A stretch of 64,000 nucleotides of DNA from Bryobacterales bacterium (GTDB lineage Bacteria > Acidobacteriota > Terriglobia > Bryobacterales > UBA6623), in contig CAXXKD010000001.1 in the NCBI GenBank assembly GCA_963422375.2, forward strand, positions 128,001 to 192,000. Direction: 5' to 3'. The translations under genes were made by a program, and so were the position numbers. The notes below the pieces were generated by a model. The model searched no databases. It worked only from the letters and a program-made list of their open reading frames with translations, and was not told the origin of the DNA. Below are positions 22,001 to 32,050 of the stretch, one piece after another. The stretch's first letter is position 1. Each line of letters opens with the position of its first letter.

Positions 22001-22481
22001 CGCCGAAACCCGCCGCAAGCATGCCGACGTGGGCGTGCTGCCGACGCCGGTGTTCTTCTACGGATTGGAGAAGGACGAGGAGTGCGTCATCGACATCGAG
22101 GCCGGCAAGCGACTGATCGTCAAGTTCCTGACATTGGGCGAGCCGCAGCCGAACGGCACGAGGACCGTCTTCTTCGAGCTCAACGGCCAGCCCCGGGAGG
22201 TGCGCGTGCGCGACCGCTCGCTGCAGGCGGACCGGCCCGCGGCGCGGAAGGCCTCCAGCGGGAATCCGGATCACATCGGAGCGCCGACGCCGGGCTTGGT
22301 CACGGGGCTGTTCGTCGGGCCGGGAGACGAAGTCGAGGCGAACGCGAAGCTGCTCACCCTCGAGGCGATGAAGATGCAAAGCACGATCTACGCTCCCAGG
22401 ACCGGCAAGATTCGGGAGATCCTCGTGGAGGCGGGCAGCCAGGTGCAGGCCAAGGATCTGCTGGCGATCCTAGGCTCCTAG
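19041..22481 (+). CDS. pyc: Pyruvate carboxylase
   Basis: ANRGEIAIR biotin carboxylase, TTFRDAHQS carboxyltransferase, EAMKM biotinylation site; 1146 aa. Confidence 0.97.
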   Translation: MRKLLAANRGEIAIRILRAATELGLRTATVYSNEDRLSLHRFKADEAYEVGGGKGPVAAYLDIDGIVALARDRGCDAIHPGYGFLSENAAFARACADAGIAFVGPPPELLEALGDKTRARRIAREAGVPIIPGSDLAGTDPDRLREQAGEIGYPLIVKASFGGGGRGMRVVRDEAELLGRLEEARTEARRTFGDGSVFLERYIARARHIEVQILADSHGSIVHLWERDCSVQRRHQKVVELAPAANLSEELRASICGAAIRVARATGYVNAGTVEFLVDADRGEWYFIEVNPRIQVEHTVTEMVTGIDIVRSQILVAQGCHLHDHPLALPLQEAIQRRGFAIQCRITTEDPQDGFSPDYGRLQAFRSAAGLGIRLDGTAYAGAVLSPFYDSLLVKLTAWDSTLRGACSRAERALREFRIRGVKTNIQFLENVVNHPAFQSGEITTGFLEQTPELIRFRPRRDRANRLLSYIGDTIVNGNPTVAGKDRPARFERPPEVPFERGTAPPPGTRQRLLEAGPERFCEWVRDQQRLLLTDTTFRDAHQSLLATRVRTYDLLATAPAVARRLSNLFSLEMWGGATFDSALRFLYEDPWERLRLLRRAVPNICFQMLLRASNAVGYTSYPDNVVREFTVEAARQGIDVFRIFDSLNDLGNMQVAMDAVRSTAAICEPAICYTGDILDPRRPKYSLNYYLDLARELKSMGAHMLGIKDMAGLCRPYAAYELVRVLRGELGLPVHFHTHDSSGLNAATLLKASEAGVDVVDAAVAALSGSTSQPNLNSLVGTLKGTPRDSELDSDALGDCSLYWETVRAYYLPFDNAPKSGSARLYSHEIPGGQFTNLQQQAAAMGLAQRWREVEQMYADVNQLLGDIVKVTPSSKVVGDLALFLLAKGMTCEEVRKLPRNHNVGFPDSVVDMMRGSLGSPPGGWPEDVRRILLSRKKPLAGRAAAKLPPADLDAARAKAAKLLGRKARPCDAIGYLLYPDVFAKFAETRRKHADVGVLPTPVFFYGLEKDEECVIDIEAGKRLIVKFLTLGEPQPNGTRTVFFELNGQPREVRVRDRSLQADRPAARKASSGNPDHIGAPTPGLVTGLFVGPGDEVEANAKLLTLEAMKMQSTIYAPRTGKIREILVEAGSQVQAKDLLAILGS

Positions 22482-22485
22482 CGGC

Positions 22486-23403
22486 GTGCCGGCGCGGAGT
22501 TCGCGATTCACCGTCGCGGCCTGGCTGTTCGTCGCGTACTTGGTGGGCGTCATCCTGTTCGGGGCGTGGGTCCGCATCAGCCACTCGGGGGACGGCTGCG
22601 GCAGCAACTGGCCGACCTGCGGCGGGGAGGTGGTGCCGACCGATCCCTCCGCCGCCACGCTGGTCGAGTTCACCCACCGCGTGACTAGCGGTCTGTGCGG
22701 GGTGTTCGGAATCGCCCTGCTTGCATCAGCTTGGAAGCGCTTCGGCTCGGGGCCGGTCACGCGCTCGGTCGGCCTGACGCTGCTCTTCATCGTCTTCGAA
22801 GGCGCGATCGGCGCGGGCCTAGTCCTGGGCGAGCTGGTGGCGGACGATGCCTCCGTCGCCCGGTCGGTCGTGATCGGGCTGCACTTGACGAATACGCTCG
22901 CCTTGACCGCGTTCGCGTCCCTGGCCGCTCGGCGCTCGGCGCGTCCCGGCCCCGTCGAATTCCTGCCGCGGCGAAGGGCGGCCTTCTCGATCGGCATCGC
23001 ATTGGTCGTGGGGGCCTCAATAAGCGGGGCGGTCACCGCCCTCGGGGACACGCTCTTTCCCAGGGACGCGGTCGTCGGCGAGAGCCTGCTCGCGGGGGTC
23101 CGGGCCGACCTGTCGGCAGGCAACCACTTCCTGGTGAGGCTGCGCGTGCTGCACCCGGCCGTGGCCGTCGTGGCCGCGTCGTACGTGATCTGGCTGCTCG
23201 GCAGGGAGGCCGACACCAACCGGTGGGCCAGAACTGCAATGTATCTGGCGGCGACCGAGGTAGCGATCGGGTTCTTAAACGTGGCGCTCGCGGCGCCGGG
23301 CTGGTTGCAGCTCGTGCATCTGGCGGGGGCGCAGGCGTTCTGGATGGCGCTTGTGCTGACATGCGACTCGCTCGTAGCGGATCCGGCACAGCCCGCGGGC
23401 TGA
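22486..23403 (+). CDS. ctaA: Heme A synthase, COX15/CtaA family
   Basis: SGDGCGSNWPTC, EFTHR and conserved His residues in TM helices. Confidence 0.85.
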   Translation: MPARSSRFTVAAWLFVAYLVGVILFGAWVRISHSGDGCGSNWPTCGGEVVPTDPSAATLVEFTHRVTSGLCGVFGIALLASAWKRFGSGPVTRSVGLTLLFIVFEGAIGAGLVLGELVADDASVARSVVIGLHLTNTLALTAFASLAARRSARPGPVEFLPRRRAAFSIGIALVVGASISGAVTALGDTLFPRDAVVGESLLAGVRADLSAGNHFLVRLRVLHPAVAVVAASYVIWLLGREADTNRWARTAMYLAATEVAIGFLNVALAAPGWLQLVHLAGAQAFWMALVLTCDSLVADPAQPAG

Positions 23404-23558
23404 CCTCAGTCTCGCGGGCGTCTCAGCCGTGATGTGGCGAGCTGCCTTCGGCGGCATGGGGCCGACGCTGGAGCGGCCCGGCGGCGAAGGCTGAACCTGA
23501 GCATCCGCTGGGAACCAGTCGATCCTGGAAAAAGCTCTCTTGCGGGACCGGGTTTCCT

Positions 23559-23588
23559 TTGACTCGCAGAGCGCTTCGGTGGTACAGT
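23559..23588 (+). promoter_or_regulatory. Candidate sigma70 promoter for TBDT1
   Basis: TTGACT-N18-TACAGT with an extended TG, about 70 bp upstream of the ATG. Confidence 0.4.
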
Positions 23589-23656
23589 GGCAGCGCTAGA
23601 GGCCGAGGGCCGTCCGAAGGGTTTGGATGGTGGCCTCCAGCCATTGGGGGTGAATC

Positions 23657-26600
23657 ATGAACTTGCACTGGACGAACGGCCTGATGCTCGGTGCGGTCGC
23701 GGTCCTTATCTTGGTCGTTCCGTCGGTGGCTCTCGCCCAAGGATCGGGCGGAACGATCAACGGCACGGTGACGGATGTGACGGGCGCGGTCATCCCGGGC
23801 GCTCTCGTCGAGGTCACAAATCTCGAGAACGGCGTCGTCACGTCCACCGAGACGGGCGCGAATGGCGTGTACTACCTGCCGAACATGCCCTTCGGGGAGT
23901 ACAGCATCGCAGCGGAATCGGAGGGCTTCAAGAGGGCCGAGGTCAGCGGCGTCCGACTGAACGCTTCCGCCGAGATCCAGCAGTCGTTCGCGCTGGAGGT
24001 AGGCGCGCTCACTGAGGTGGTCGAAGTGAATGCGGCCCAAGTGCAGGTCCAGACGACTTCCGGATCGGTGGGTTCCACCGTTCAAGTCGAGCAAATGATG
24101 GAACTGCCGCTCGCCGGCCGGAACATCTTCAACTTGGTCAACCTCGTGCCCGGCGCCTATCGCTCGAGAAACGGCAACATTTCCATCGGCGGGGGCCGCA
24201 CGCGCTCCGCGGGCTCGTTCATCGACGGCATCAACAACACCCGCGGCGGACTGGGCGTGCAGAACATCGAGATGGTGCCGCCCATGGAATCGATGCACGA
24301 GTTCAGGGTCGAGGTGAACTCGCAGGGAGCGGAGTACGGGCGGAGCTCGGCCGGCGCCGTGCATGCCGTCACGAGGGCCGGCAACAACGAGATCCACGGC
24401 GTGCTCTACGATTACGTGCGGAACGACGTGTTCGACGCGATCAGCTGGAACAACAAGCGCAACGAGAATCCCACGAAGCCCAAGTTGCGGCAGAACCGGG
24501 GCGGGGCGGGAATCCGTGGTCCCATCGTCAAGAACAAGACATTCTACGCCTATACCTTCGACTTGTTCCTGAATCCCAGAAACGTGAATCGGATCCGCTC
24601 GGTCGGCCGTCCGGAATACCGTGTCGGAGATTTTTCGAATGCCACGCAGAATCGGAGGCAAAAGGCCGTTCTGGTTCCGATCTTCGATCCAATGACACGG
24701 AAAGCAGGTTCGTTCATTCGCCCGCGCCTTTCTGATCCGTTCCCTAACAACAAGATTCCGGCGAGCAGGTTCGACCCCGTAGCCGTAAAGGCTCTGAGCT
24801 ATCTTCCGAGCCCCAACAAGACTCCGAACAATCTCTTCAATTTGGCTGGGAATTGGAGCGAGCAGGTTCGACTTGTGACTAACAGAACGTATCACGTTGG
24901 CAGGATCGACCACAATTTCACCGACAAGTGGCGTGTGTTTTTGCGAACTATCTTCAGCGACACTAACGTCAACAATGCCTACTCGGAGGGATATGGAGTC
25001 GCGGACCTCAACGGCAGTACAAGCCATCAGCGTCGGCAGAACTGGGGTTTGGACAGCACCTACACTTTCAATCCGAACTTCTTCATGAGGCTGACTGCGG
25101 GCTTCAACAGAGTCCATTTGGAAAACCACCAAGGCGACTGTTGCGATACGAATTATGCCGAGGTTCTCGGACTTCCTGGCCTAGAAAAAGGCGGCGAGTC
25201 ATTCCCCCGCATGCAATTCAATGGTAGAATTCCAATGACGAACATCGGAGGAGGATACGCTAGGCGTGTCGCAGCATTCACCAACTTCGACTATGATGCG
25301 AACTTCACGAAGATTCGCGGAAACCACACTATCAAATTCGGAGGCAAATACACGTCGTTCCAAGGTAACGAGCTTGCTCGGCAGCGGCCCTCGGGCCAGT
25401 GGGTCTCAAGTGGCGCGTTTACGCGCAAATGGCCCAAGAAGGGAGGGGCCAACGTCAACACGGGCGTTCCGCTCGGTGATTTTCTTCTCGGTCATATCTG
25501 GACCGTGAATGCGCGAGTCGCTCCGCCGATTGGAAAGCGTATCAAGTACTGGGCAGGCTATCTTCAGGACGACTGGCGAGTCACGCCTAGGCTTGTGATC
25601 AACATTGGATTGCGCTACGAGACCGAGACACCAATTTACGAAGTTGGGGGTCGCATGAACGGGTTCTGCGAGTACTGCGCCCATCCGCTAGCGGGTCAGA
25701 ATGGAATTCCAGAAGACGCGATCGGTCGCGTTCTCTTTCCGAATCGCGATGGAACTGGCAAGTATCTCTGGAATTGGGACTGGAACAATATTGCCCCGCG
25801 ATTTGGCTTTGCCTACCGTATCAAGGACGACTCGTCCATGGTATTGCGAGGTGGATTCGGAATCTATTACGGCAATCCGTATGATCGCAATTCCATCCAG
25901 CCTGGGCGAGCAGGATTCGACAATATCTTTGCGCGACGGAACGGAATTGACACCTACCTTCGCGACGGTCTTCCAGCCGGAGCTCTGGACTACATCCCGG
26001 AAGAGGAGTTGACCGGCGGTTTCGGGTCAATGGGCACGCGTTTCCCGACTTCGACGATCCAGTACTGGAACCAAGAACGCGAAATGCCGTATTCTCAGAA
26101 TTTTAACGTCATGTTGCAGATGCGCTGGAAGGGCGTACTTTGGGAATTCGGTGGCATGGCAAGCTTGGCTCGCCACCAGAATTTCAATAACATCAATATC
26201 AATCAGATCCGCCCGAAAGACTTAATTGAAGCCAACTCGAAAAACGATGCTTACCGCGAGACCTTCTATCCTTGGAGGGCTTGGGAGGCGATGGAGGACC
26301 AGATTCAGCTGATGTCTCCCAACTGGGGAATCTCGAATTACTATGCGGGAACGTTCAGGTCCGAGAAGCGCTATCAAAACGGCTTGGGCTGGACGGTGGC
26401 CTATACGCATACGCAGTGGATCGACAACGTTCGATTCATCGGGAATGCCGATACGTTCGGCAACAACTTCTACCCTCAGTCGGTCTACGACCTGAGGAAC
26501 GAGCGGTCCAGTTCTGGAAGCCGCCTGCCGCACCGCATTGTGTTTGCTCCGATATTCGAGCTGCCATTCGGGCGCAACAAGCGCTGGGGCGACCGCTGGC

Positions 26601-27109
26601 CGAAAGTGCTTGACGCGATTGCGGGGGGATGGCAGATGTCGACAATCTCCACGATTCAGAGCGGTGGGTATGTCGGTGCCATCGTCAATAATGGCGGTCA
26701 GGTGAAGGGAGATCTTAGCGCCGGTCATGTATTGCGACCTAATCTGACAGGCGCACCGTTCAAGTCTCCTATTCAGAGGAAGCCAGTCGAGGGAGTGTAC
26801 GGGTTCCACTGGCTCAACGACGACGCTTTCGAAGTGCCGGAGCGATTTACGCTCGGAAATGCTTCCCGTAACCTGCCGGGCATTCGAGGGCCGGCTCTTT
26901 TTGATTTCGACGTGATGCTTGCCAAGAATTTCTATTGGGGCAAGGACCGCAACTGGCGAGCCATGCTGCGGGCGGAGGCCTACAGCTTGACCAACACGCC
27001 GCAATTCGCTCAGCCGAATCCGCAAGTGGACAGCGGAAACTTCGGTTTGGTCACAAGCGCGTTCGGAGGGCGGAGGGTCATGGAGTTCGGCCTGAGGATC
27101 GATTTCTAG
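23657..27109 (+). CDS. TonB-dependent receptor with carboxypeptidase-regulatory-like N-domain (TBDT1)
   Basis: GTVTDVTGAVIPGA, ELPLAGRN, YLQDDWRVTPRL.INIGLRYE, APRFGFAY and C-terminal GLRIDF. Confidence 0.93.
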   Translation: MNLHWTNGLMLGAVAVLILVVPSVALAQGSGGTINGTVTDVTGAVIPGALVEVTNLENGVVTSTETGANGVYYLPNMPFGEYSIAAESEGFKRAEVSGVRLNASAEIQQSFALEVGALTEVVEVNAAQVQVQTTSGSVGSTVQVEQMMELPLAGRNIFNLVNLVPGAYRSRNGNISIGGGRTRSAGSFIDGINNTRGGLGVQNIEMVPPMESMHEFRVEVNSQGAEYGRSSAGAVHAVTRAGNNEIHGVLYDYVRNDVFDAISWNNKRNENPTKPKLRQNRGGAGIRGPIVKNKTFYAYTFDLFLNPRNVNRIRSVGRPEYRVGDFSNATQNRRQKAVLVPIFDPMTRKAGSFIRPRLSDPFPNNKIPASRFDPVAVKALSYLPSPNKTPNNLFNLAGNWSEQVRLVTNRTYHVGRIDHNFTDKWRVFLRTIFSDTNVNNAYSEGYGVADLNGSTSHQRRQNWGLDSTYTFNPNFFMRLTAGFNRVHLENHQGDCCDTNYAEVLGLPGLEKGGESFPRMQFNGRIPMTNIGGGYARRVAAFTNFDYDANFTKIRGNHTIKFGGKYTSFQGNELARQRPSGQWVSSGAFTRKWPKKGGANVNTGVPLGDFLLGHIWTVNARVAPPIGKRIKYWAGYLQDDWRVTPRLVINIGLRYETETPIYEVGGRMNGFCEYCAHPLAGQNGIPEDAIGRVLFPNRDGTGKYLWNWDWNNIAPRFGFAYRIKDDSSMVLRGGFGIYYGNPYDRNSIQPGRAGFDNIFARRNGIDTYLRDGLPAGALDYIPEEELTGGFGSMGTRFPTSTIQYWNQEREMPYSQNFNVMLQMRWKGVLWEFGGMASLARHQNFNNININQIRPKDLIEANSKNDAYRETFYPWRAWEAMEDQIQLMSPNWGISNYYAGTFRSEKRYQNGLGWTVAYTHTQWIDNVRFIGNADTFGNNFYPQSVYDLRNERSSSGSRLPHRIVFAPIFELPFGRNKRWGDRWPKVLDAIAGGWQMSTISTIQSGGYVGAIVNNGGQVKGDLSAGHVLRPNLTGAPFKSPIQRKPVEGVYGFHWLNDDAFEVPERFTLGNASRNLPGIRGPALFDFDVMLAKNFYWGKDRNWRAMLRAEAYSLTNTPQFAQPNPQVDSGNFGLVTSAFGGRRVMEFGLRIDF

Positions 27110-27152
27110 CGAGGCCGTGCCCTAGCTTGGATTACCCAGGAGGGTTTGGATT

Positions 27153-28210
27153 GGGAATTATACATCTGAGTGCCGACGACGCCATATCCGGCTAGAAGTG
27201 CTCTGATTGGGGACGTCGGCGTCTACCTCGGGTCATTCGTGTGCGGCTGAGGTGGGCACCGAAAGGTCGGTTCGTATCTGAATCGCGCCTGCAAGCGGAT
27301 TTGGCGGCGCACGGACTAGTGAGGCCGCCTCGGGCGCCCCGGTGGAACCCGGATTGCCGTGGAGAGGCTCCCCTTCCAGGGCGGCTGCATCTATGAATCG
27401 TCCGGGCTGGACACCGGTCGCGGCGCGGGATTCCGGATCCGGAGCGCCCTTCGCACCGAGCGTGAAGAGAGGCCGCAGCGGACCGGCCAGGCCGTGCTCG
27501 GGCCGCGACCGCGGCCTTGCCGACCAGTTGCCGGTAGGTCAGCGTCCGGCCGACCGGGCCCCGCGCCATGCGCCGCATCCGTTCCGCCGTGTCGCAGTTG
27601 CGGGCGTTGCACTGTCCCGCGAACTGCGTGAGGTAGCGACCCGGATGACGGACGCTCATCCGGTGATAGGTTCCGTAGAGGCCGCGCTTGAACAGGGACC
27701 GGAATGACTCGATGCCGTTCGTATGCGCCGCCCCGCGCGCGTACTCGCCGCTGGAGTGCTTGACGCCCTCGTGCGGGAACTCCGCCATGCCGGCGCAGGC
27801 CGCCGCCTCGTCGGAGCGGACCTGCGCGCCCGGCGCGACCCGGCCGCGCACGAAGCCCTGCCGGTCGCCCTCGGCGGTGCCCGGCAGCGGCCGCGCGGCC
27901 GCTGCGTTCGTGGCGCGGTCCCGCGCGCCCGCCACCGGGGTCTTGCCGACGGGCCCGCGCCCGGCGCGGGCCTTCTTGCTCTCGTGCTTGTTGCGCTCCT
28001 TGCCGCCGACGTAGGTCTCGTCCACTTCCACCGGGCCGACGAACAGGTCCCGGTCCCGCTCCCGGCAGGCGCGGATGCGGTGCGCCAGGTGCCAGGCCGA
28101 CTTCCGGCTGATGCCCGGGTCGCGGTGCAGCTTCATGCTGGAGACGCCCTTGAGGCCGGTGGCCAGCAGGAACAGGGGCACGGCCCAGACGCGGTAGCCG
28201 CAGCCTAGCC
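27153..28210 (-). mobile_element. IS1595-family element, copy 1 (left end and zinc ribbon missing)
   Basis: TIR GGGAATTATACATCTGAGTGCCGA at 27153; VEVDETYVGG / DE / HTNGIES DDE motifs. Confidence 0.9.
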
Positions 28211-28613
28211 TGCGGTTCACCAATCATTGGATCGGGGTGTACAATCCCTCCAACCCGCTGCGACCTAGGGAATCGGGCGTATCCGGGACACCGTGAGGAG
28301 GACCCTCCGCCGGAGCCGAGCGGGACTGGCCCTATCGCGAATCCAGCCAGTCCACACGACCCGCTAGTCCCTAGGGAAGGTCTGATCTGGAGTCGCGATC
28401 CCCTCGCTCCGCATTCCGGCCCTAGGGCGGAGCCCATCATGGCAGGAAAGCATGGTGCCACAGGAGCCGAACCGCTGTGCTGTCAGCGCCCGGGTTGGGG
28501 GTGCCGGGCAGGCCCGACAGCAGGCAGGAAACCTATGCTCCCGGGGACTGCCTCACGCCCTGCGCACTCCCTCTGTCGCTCGACCGAGCCGCCGAAGAAG
28601 CGACCCGCGTGAA

Positions 28614-28644
28614 GGCGACCGGGCAGGGCGGACGCCCGGTCGCC
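28614..28644 (-). terminator. Hairpin just downstream of TBDT2
   Basis: GGCGACCGGGC-N9-GCCCGGTCGCC, 11-bp stem; the U-tract is weak. Confidence 0.45.
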
Positions 28645-28654
28645 GCGCACCGGG

Positions 28655-31600
28655 CTAGAAGATGAGCTTCAGGGCGAACTGGTTGGTCCGCATCTCGCGG
28701 GCGCTTGTGATCACGCCGAAATTGCGCGAGCGCGGGTTGCTGTTGGGATTGTTCCAGTTGGGGTGGTTCGCGAAATTGAAGGACTCGAAGCGGAACTGGA
28801 GCGTGTACCGTTCGCCGACAGCAAAGTCCTTCATCAGCGAGAAGTCCCAATTGCTGAAGCCGGGACGCTGCAGTGTGTTGCGTCCACGGTTGCCGTCGCG
28901 GTAGGTCAGTTCGTTGAAGCCGGCAGCGTCCGGCGCGTTGCAAGCGATCGTGGCCGAGCGGCCGTCCGCATCCTTCTTCCAGAACTCCTGGGGCGTGGGA
29001 CTGCTTACTTGCGGGTCGCCGATGGCGTCGCCGCGGTTGTTCTGTCCGTTGCCGTTAAGGTCGCTGCAGTGGCCCCCGTAGATCGGCGTGCCGTTTGACA
29101 GCGTGACGATCGATCCGAGCTGCCAGCCTCCCGCGACGGCCTGCGCGGCCCTGTTCTGGAATCGGACCGGCAGCTGGTACAGCACGGAGGCCGTGAAGCG
29201 GTGCGGCGTGTTGAATTGCGACAGGCCGCGCTCCTTGCGAAGGTTGTAGTTGTTCGTCGGGAAGAGCACGTCGCCGGAATTGGTGCGGATTGCCGAGCCG
29301 CTGTCGATCGACTTGGCCCAGGTGTACCCGATCAGGTACGTCAGGCCCTTGGAGAAGCGCTGCTGCACCTTGACGCCGAGCGCGTTGTAGTTGGAGTTGA
29401 CCACGTTGCCGATCGTCTGGATGCGGCCGTAGGCGTCGCCGAACGGACGGCGATCCCTGGTGGACGTGCGGTCCAGGGGCCCGCTGCGCTCGACGGGGGT
29501 GTTGAAGCCGTACATGCGCTGGAGCTTGTGGCCGGCGCTGCCTGAATAGCCGACCTCGAAGAGCAAGGTGTCGGTCAGCTGGTGCTGGACGTTGAACAGG
29601 TACTGATGGACATAGGGCGTGCGCCGGTTAGCGTCGTTGGCGAACGTGTACAGGCGGACGAAGCAGGGCCCGGTGTAGTCGCCGCAGCCCGAGGAGCGCT
29701 GGTTGGCCCAGGGATCGTCAAGGTTGTCCAGCGGGAACAGGTCCTGGGAGCGCGCCGTTTGGCGCACGCCGAAGTTGCGCCCCATGTCGAAGACCGGGTT
29801 GCCCGTGTCCTGGGCGTAGTACACGCCGTACCCCGTGCGGATGGTTGTCCTGTCCCCCAAGCGGTAGGCGAGGCCGAAGCGCGGGGCGAGGTCGTTGGTG
29901 TCGAGGATCTGGGTTGCGTGGTTGTGCAGGATGTCGTCGCCGGTGGCCTTCGGAACGATGTCGGCTATGCGGAATCCCAGGCCCTCGTGAAAGTCTCCGT
30001 CCCCTGGCCGGACGAGCACGGGCATCTGGCAGTCGGGATCGATAGCCCGCTCGGACGCTCCTGGGCAGAACAGCTTCACGTTCATGATGCCGCGGTAGCG
30101 GTCTCTGAACGGGGGCGTCAGCTCGTACCGCAGTCCGATGTTGAAGGTGAGGCGCGGCGTGGCCTTCCAGGAGTCCTCCAGGTAGAGCGAGAAGGCAGTC
30201 GAGCGGAACTGGACATTGGCGATGCCGGGTGCCCGAGTCGCTTGGCGCGTCCATCCGAGCAGGCCCGTGGCGAACGCGTCGCCGGTCGAGGTCAGCCGCG
30301 CGGGGTGGGCCGTGTACTGGCTGGGGAACTGGAAGTGGCCGCGGGGGAACTGGTTGCCGATCTGGTTGTAGCGGCGATCGATCACGTCCCCACCGAATTT
30401 CAGGGTGTGGTTGCCGCGGACCCAGCTCGCGTTGTTCACGATCTGGTACGTCCGGTTGCGGTTGATGAACGGCCCGCCGGTCTGCTCGCCCCATCCAGCG
30501 ACCTCGCTGTTCCCGTTGAAGCTGATCTGCGGGGTGCCCCATGCCGCCTCGATCGGTGAGTCGAGGCCCGGGATGCCCAGCTCTGCCGTGACGTCCCGGA
30601 TTCCGTTGAAGTAGGTGAGCCGGTCGTTGTCGAATAGGTTGGCTCCAAGGCGCAGTTCGTTCACCAAGGTCGGGGAAAAGGTGCGGATGTTCGAGAGCAT
30701 GACTTGATCGACCTTGGTCGTTGTGCGCAGGTCGCGGAACTCGAAGTTCTGACCGCTGACGAGGCGCTCGTCGCCCCAGCTGTAGCGCCCGTACCATTGC
30801 GAGGACTCGCTCTGATGGAAATCGATGCGGGTGGTGAACTGGTCCCAGTCCAAGGGGTCCGGCGCGTTGCGCACATAGTTCCACGGCGGGTCCGAGCCCC
30901 CCACTACCGCCCCGGACATGTTCGGCTCCGGATAGAACTCGAACATCTGCACGAAGGGCTGCTTGAAGCGGGCCAGCGGGATGCGTCTGTTCGTGAACGG
31001 GGTGGCCGTCCCTCCGGTTTCGCTGTCCTGGATTGTGTCCGGATCGTAAATCTCGAAAAGGTTGGGGTTCGAAAAGTCGCCCGCGCGCATGGCCGCGTCG
31101 GCCACCGTGCTCCGCCGGACACGCTGGATGCGCTGCCGGAAGCCCTCGTAGTTGGCCATGAAGAAGAGCTTGTTCCTAGACACCGGTCCGGCTACGGTGA
31201 ACCCGTACTGGTTGCGACGGAACGGGTTCTTGTCGCCGTCGAGCTGCCAAGGCCTCGCTTGGATCTTGTCGTTGCGCAGGAACTCGAAGAAGGCGCCGTG
31301 GAATTCGTTCGTGCCGGCGCGGGTGGTGACGTTGATCTGCGCTGTCGACTTGCCGAACTCGGCAGAGTAGACACCGGTCTGCACCTTGAACTCCTGCAGG
31401 GCGTCCACGGAAGGCCGGACCACGAAGGTGTTGAAGTTCGGGTCGGTGTTTTCGACGCCGTCGAGCGTGAAGCGGTTGTACTGCTGGCGCTGGCCGCTCA
31501 CGGAGATCGCTTGGTTCGCTCGCTCGCCGCCCTGCCGCGAGTTGGCCTGCCCGCCGGAGCCCATCTCGGCCGACACGTTCGGGCTCAGCTTGACGAGGTT

Positions 31601-32050
31601 CAGGTAGTTGCGCCCGTTGATCGGCAGGTCGACGATGCGCTGCTGCTCGATGACGGTGCCCAGTGCGGTCGAAGACGTTTGCAGCATTTGCGCCCCCGCC
31701 TCCACCTCGATGATCTGGGTGATCACGCCGATCTCAAGTGCGAAGTCCACGCGGGCCACGTCGCCGACTTGGAGGGTCCAGTCTTCCTGCCGGGTGGTCT
31801 TGAAGCCTTCTGTCTCGGCCTGCAGGTCATACACGCCCGGGTTCACGAAAGGTACGGTGTAGTTTCCGGCCTCGTTTGTTTCGGCCTCCCGGGCCGCGTT
31901 GGTCGCGATGTTGGTGATGGTGACCTTGGCTCCCGCGATGACGGCACCAGTCGAGTCGGTTACGGTTCCGGTGAACTCGCCGAATGTCTGCGCCTGCGAC
32001 ACCCCTAGGGCCGTGGCAAAGACCACAAGCAAGACAGTTCTGCAATGCAT
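28655..32050 (-). CDS. TonB-dependent receptor (TBDT2)
   Basis: GTVTDSTGAVIAGA, DLPINGRNYL, PSVDALQEFKVQT, APRFGLAY and C-terminal ALKLIF. Confidence 0.93.
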   Translation of the reverse strand: MHCRTVLLVVFATALGVSQAQTFGEFTGTVTDSTGAVIAGAKVTITNIATNAAREAETNEAGNYTVPFVNPGVYDLQAETEGFKTTRQEDWTLQVGDVARVDFALEIGVITQIIEVEAGAQMLQTSSTALGTVIEQQRIVDLPINGRNYLNLVKLSPNVSAEMGSGGQANSRQGGERANQAISVSGQRQQYNRFTLDGVENTDPNFNTFVVRPSVDALQEFKVQTGVYSAEFGKSTAQINVTTRAGTNEFHGAFFEFLRNDKIQARPWQLDGDKNPFRRNQYGFTVAGPVSRNKLFFMANYEGFRQRIQRVRRSTVADAAMRAGDFSNPNLFEIYDPDTIQDSETGGTATPFTNRRIPLARFKQPFVQMFEFYPEPNMSGAVVGGSDPPWNYVRNAPDPLDWDQFTTRIDFHQSESSQWYGRYSWGDERLVSGQNFEFRDLRTTTKVDQVMLSNIRTFSPTLVNELRLGANLFDNDRLTYFNGIRDVTAELGIPGLDSPIEAAWGTPQISFNGNSEVAGWGEQTGGPFINRNRTYQIVNNASWVRGNHTLKFGGDVIDRRYNQIGNQFPRGHFQFPSQYTAHPARLTSTGDAFATGLLGWTRQATRAPGIANVQFRSTAFSLYLEDSWKATPRLTFNIGLRYELTPPFRDRYRGIMNVKLFCPGASERAIDPDCQMPVLVRPGDGDFHEGLGFRIADIVPKATGDDILHNHATQILDTNDLAPRFGLAYRLGDRTTIRTGYGVYYAQDTGNPVFDMGRNFGVRQTARSQDLFPLDNLDDPWANQRSSGCGDYTGPCFVRLYTFANDANRRTPYVHQYLFNVQHQLTDTLLFEVGYSGSAGHKLQRMYGFNTPVERSGPLDRTSTRDRRPFGDAYGRIQTIGNVVNSNYNALGVKVQQRFSKGLTYLIGYTWAKSIDSGSAIRTNSGDVLFPTNNYNLRKERGLSQFNTPHRFTASVLYQLPVRFQNRAAQAVAGGWQLGSIVTLSNGTPIYGGHCSDLNGNGQNNRGDAIGDPQVSSPTPQEFWKKDADGRSATIACNAPDAAGFNELTYRDGNRGRNTLQRPGFSNWDFSLMKDFAVGERYTLQFRFESFNFANHPNWNNPNSNPRSRNFGVITSAREMRTNQFALKLIF

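Noticed and set aside
136..22379. Long antisense/overlapping ORFs (e.g. 1304-2695, 4863-6965, 16529-18982, 20325-22379)
   Set aside because: Shadow ORFs of GC-rich genes with no family motifs.
23403..23657. Cobalamin or other riboswitch upstream of the TBDTs
   Set aside because: No recognisable B12-box or other aptamer consensus by eye upstream of any receptor; an Rfam scan would be decisive.
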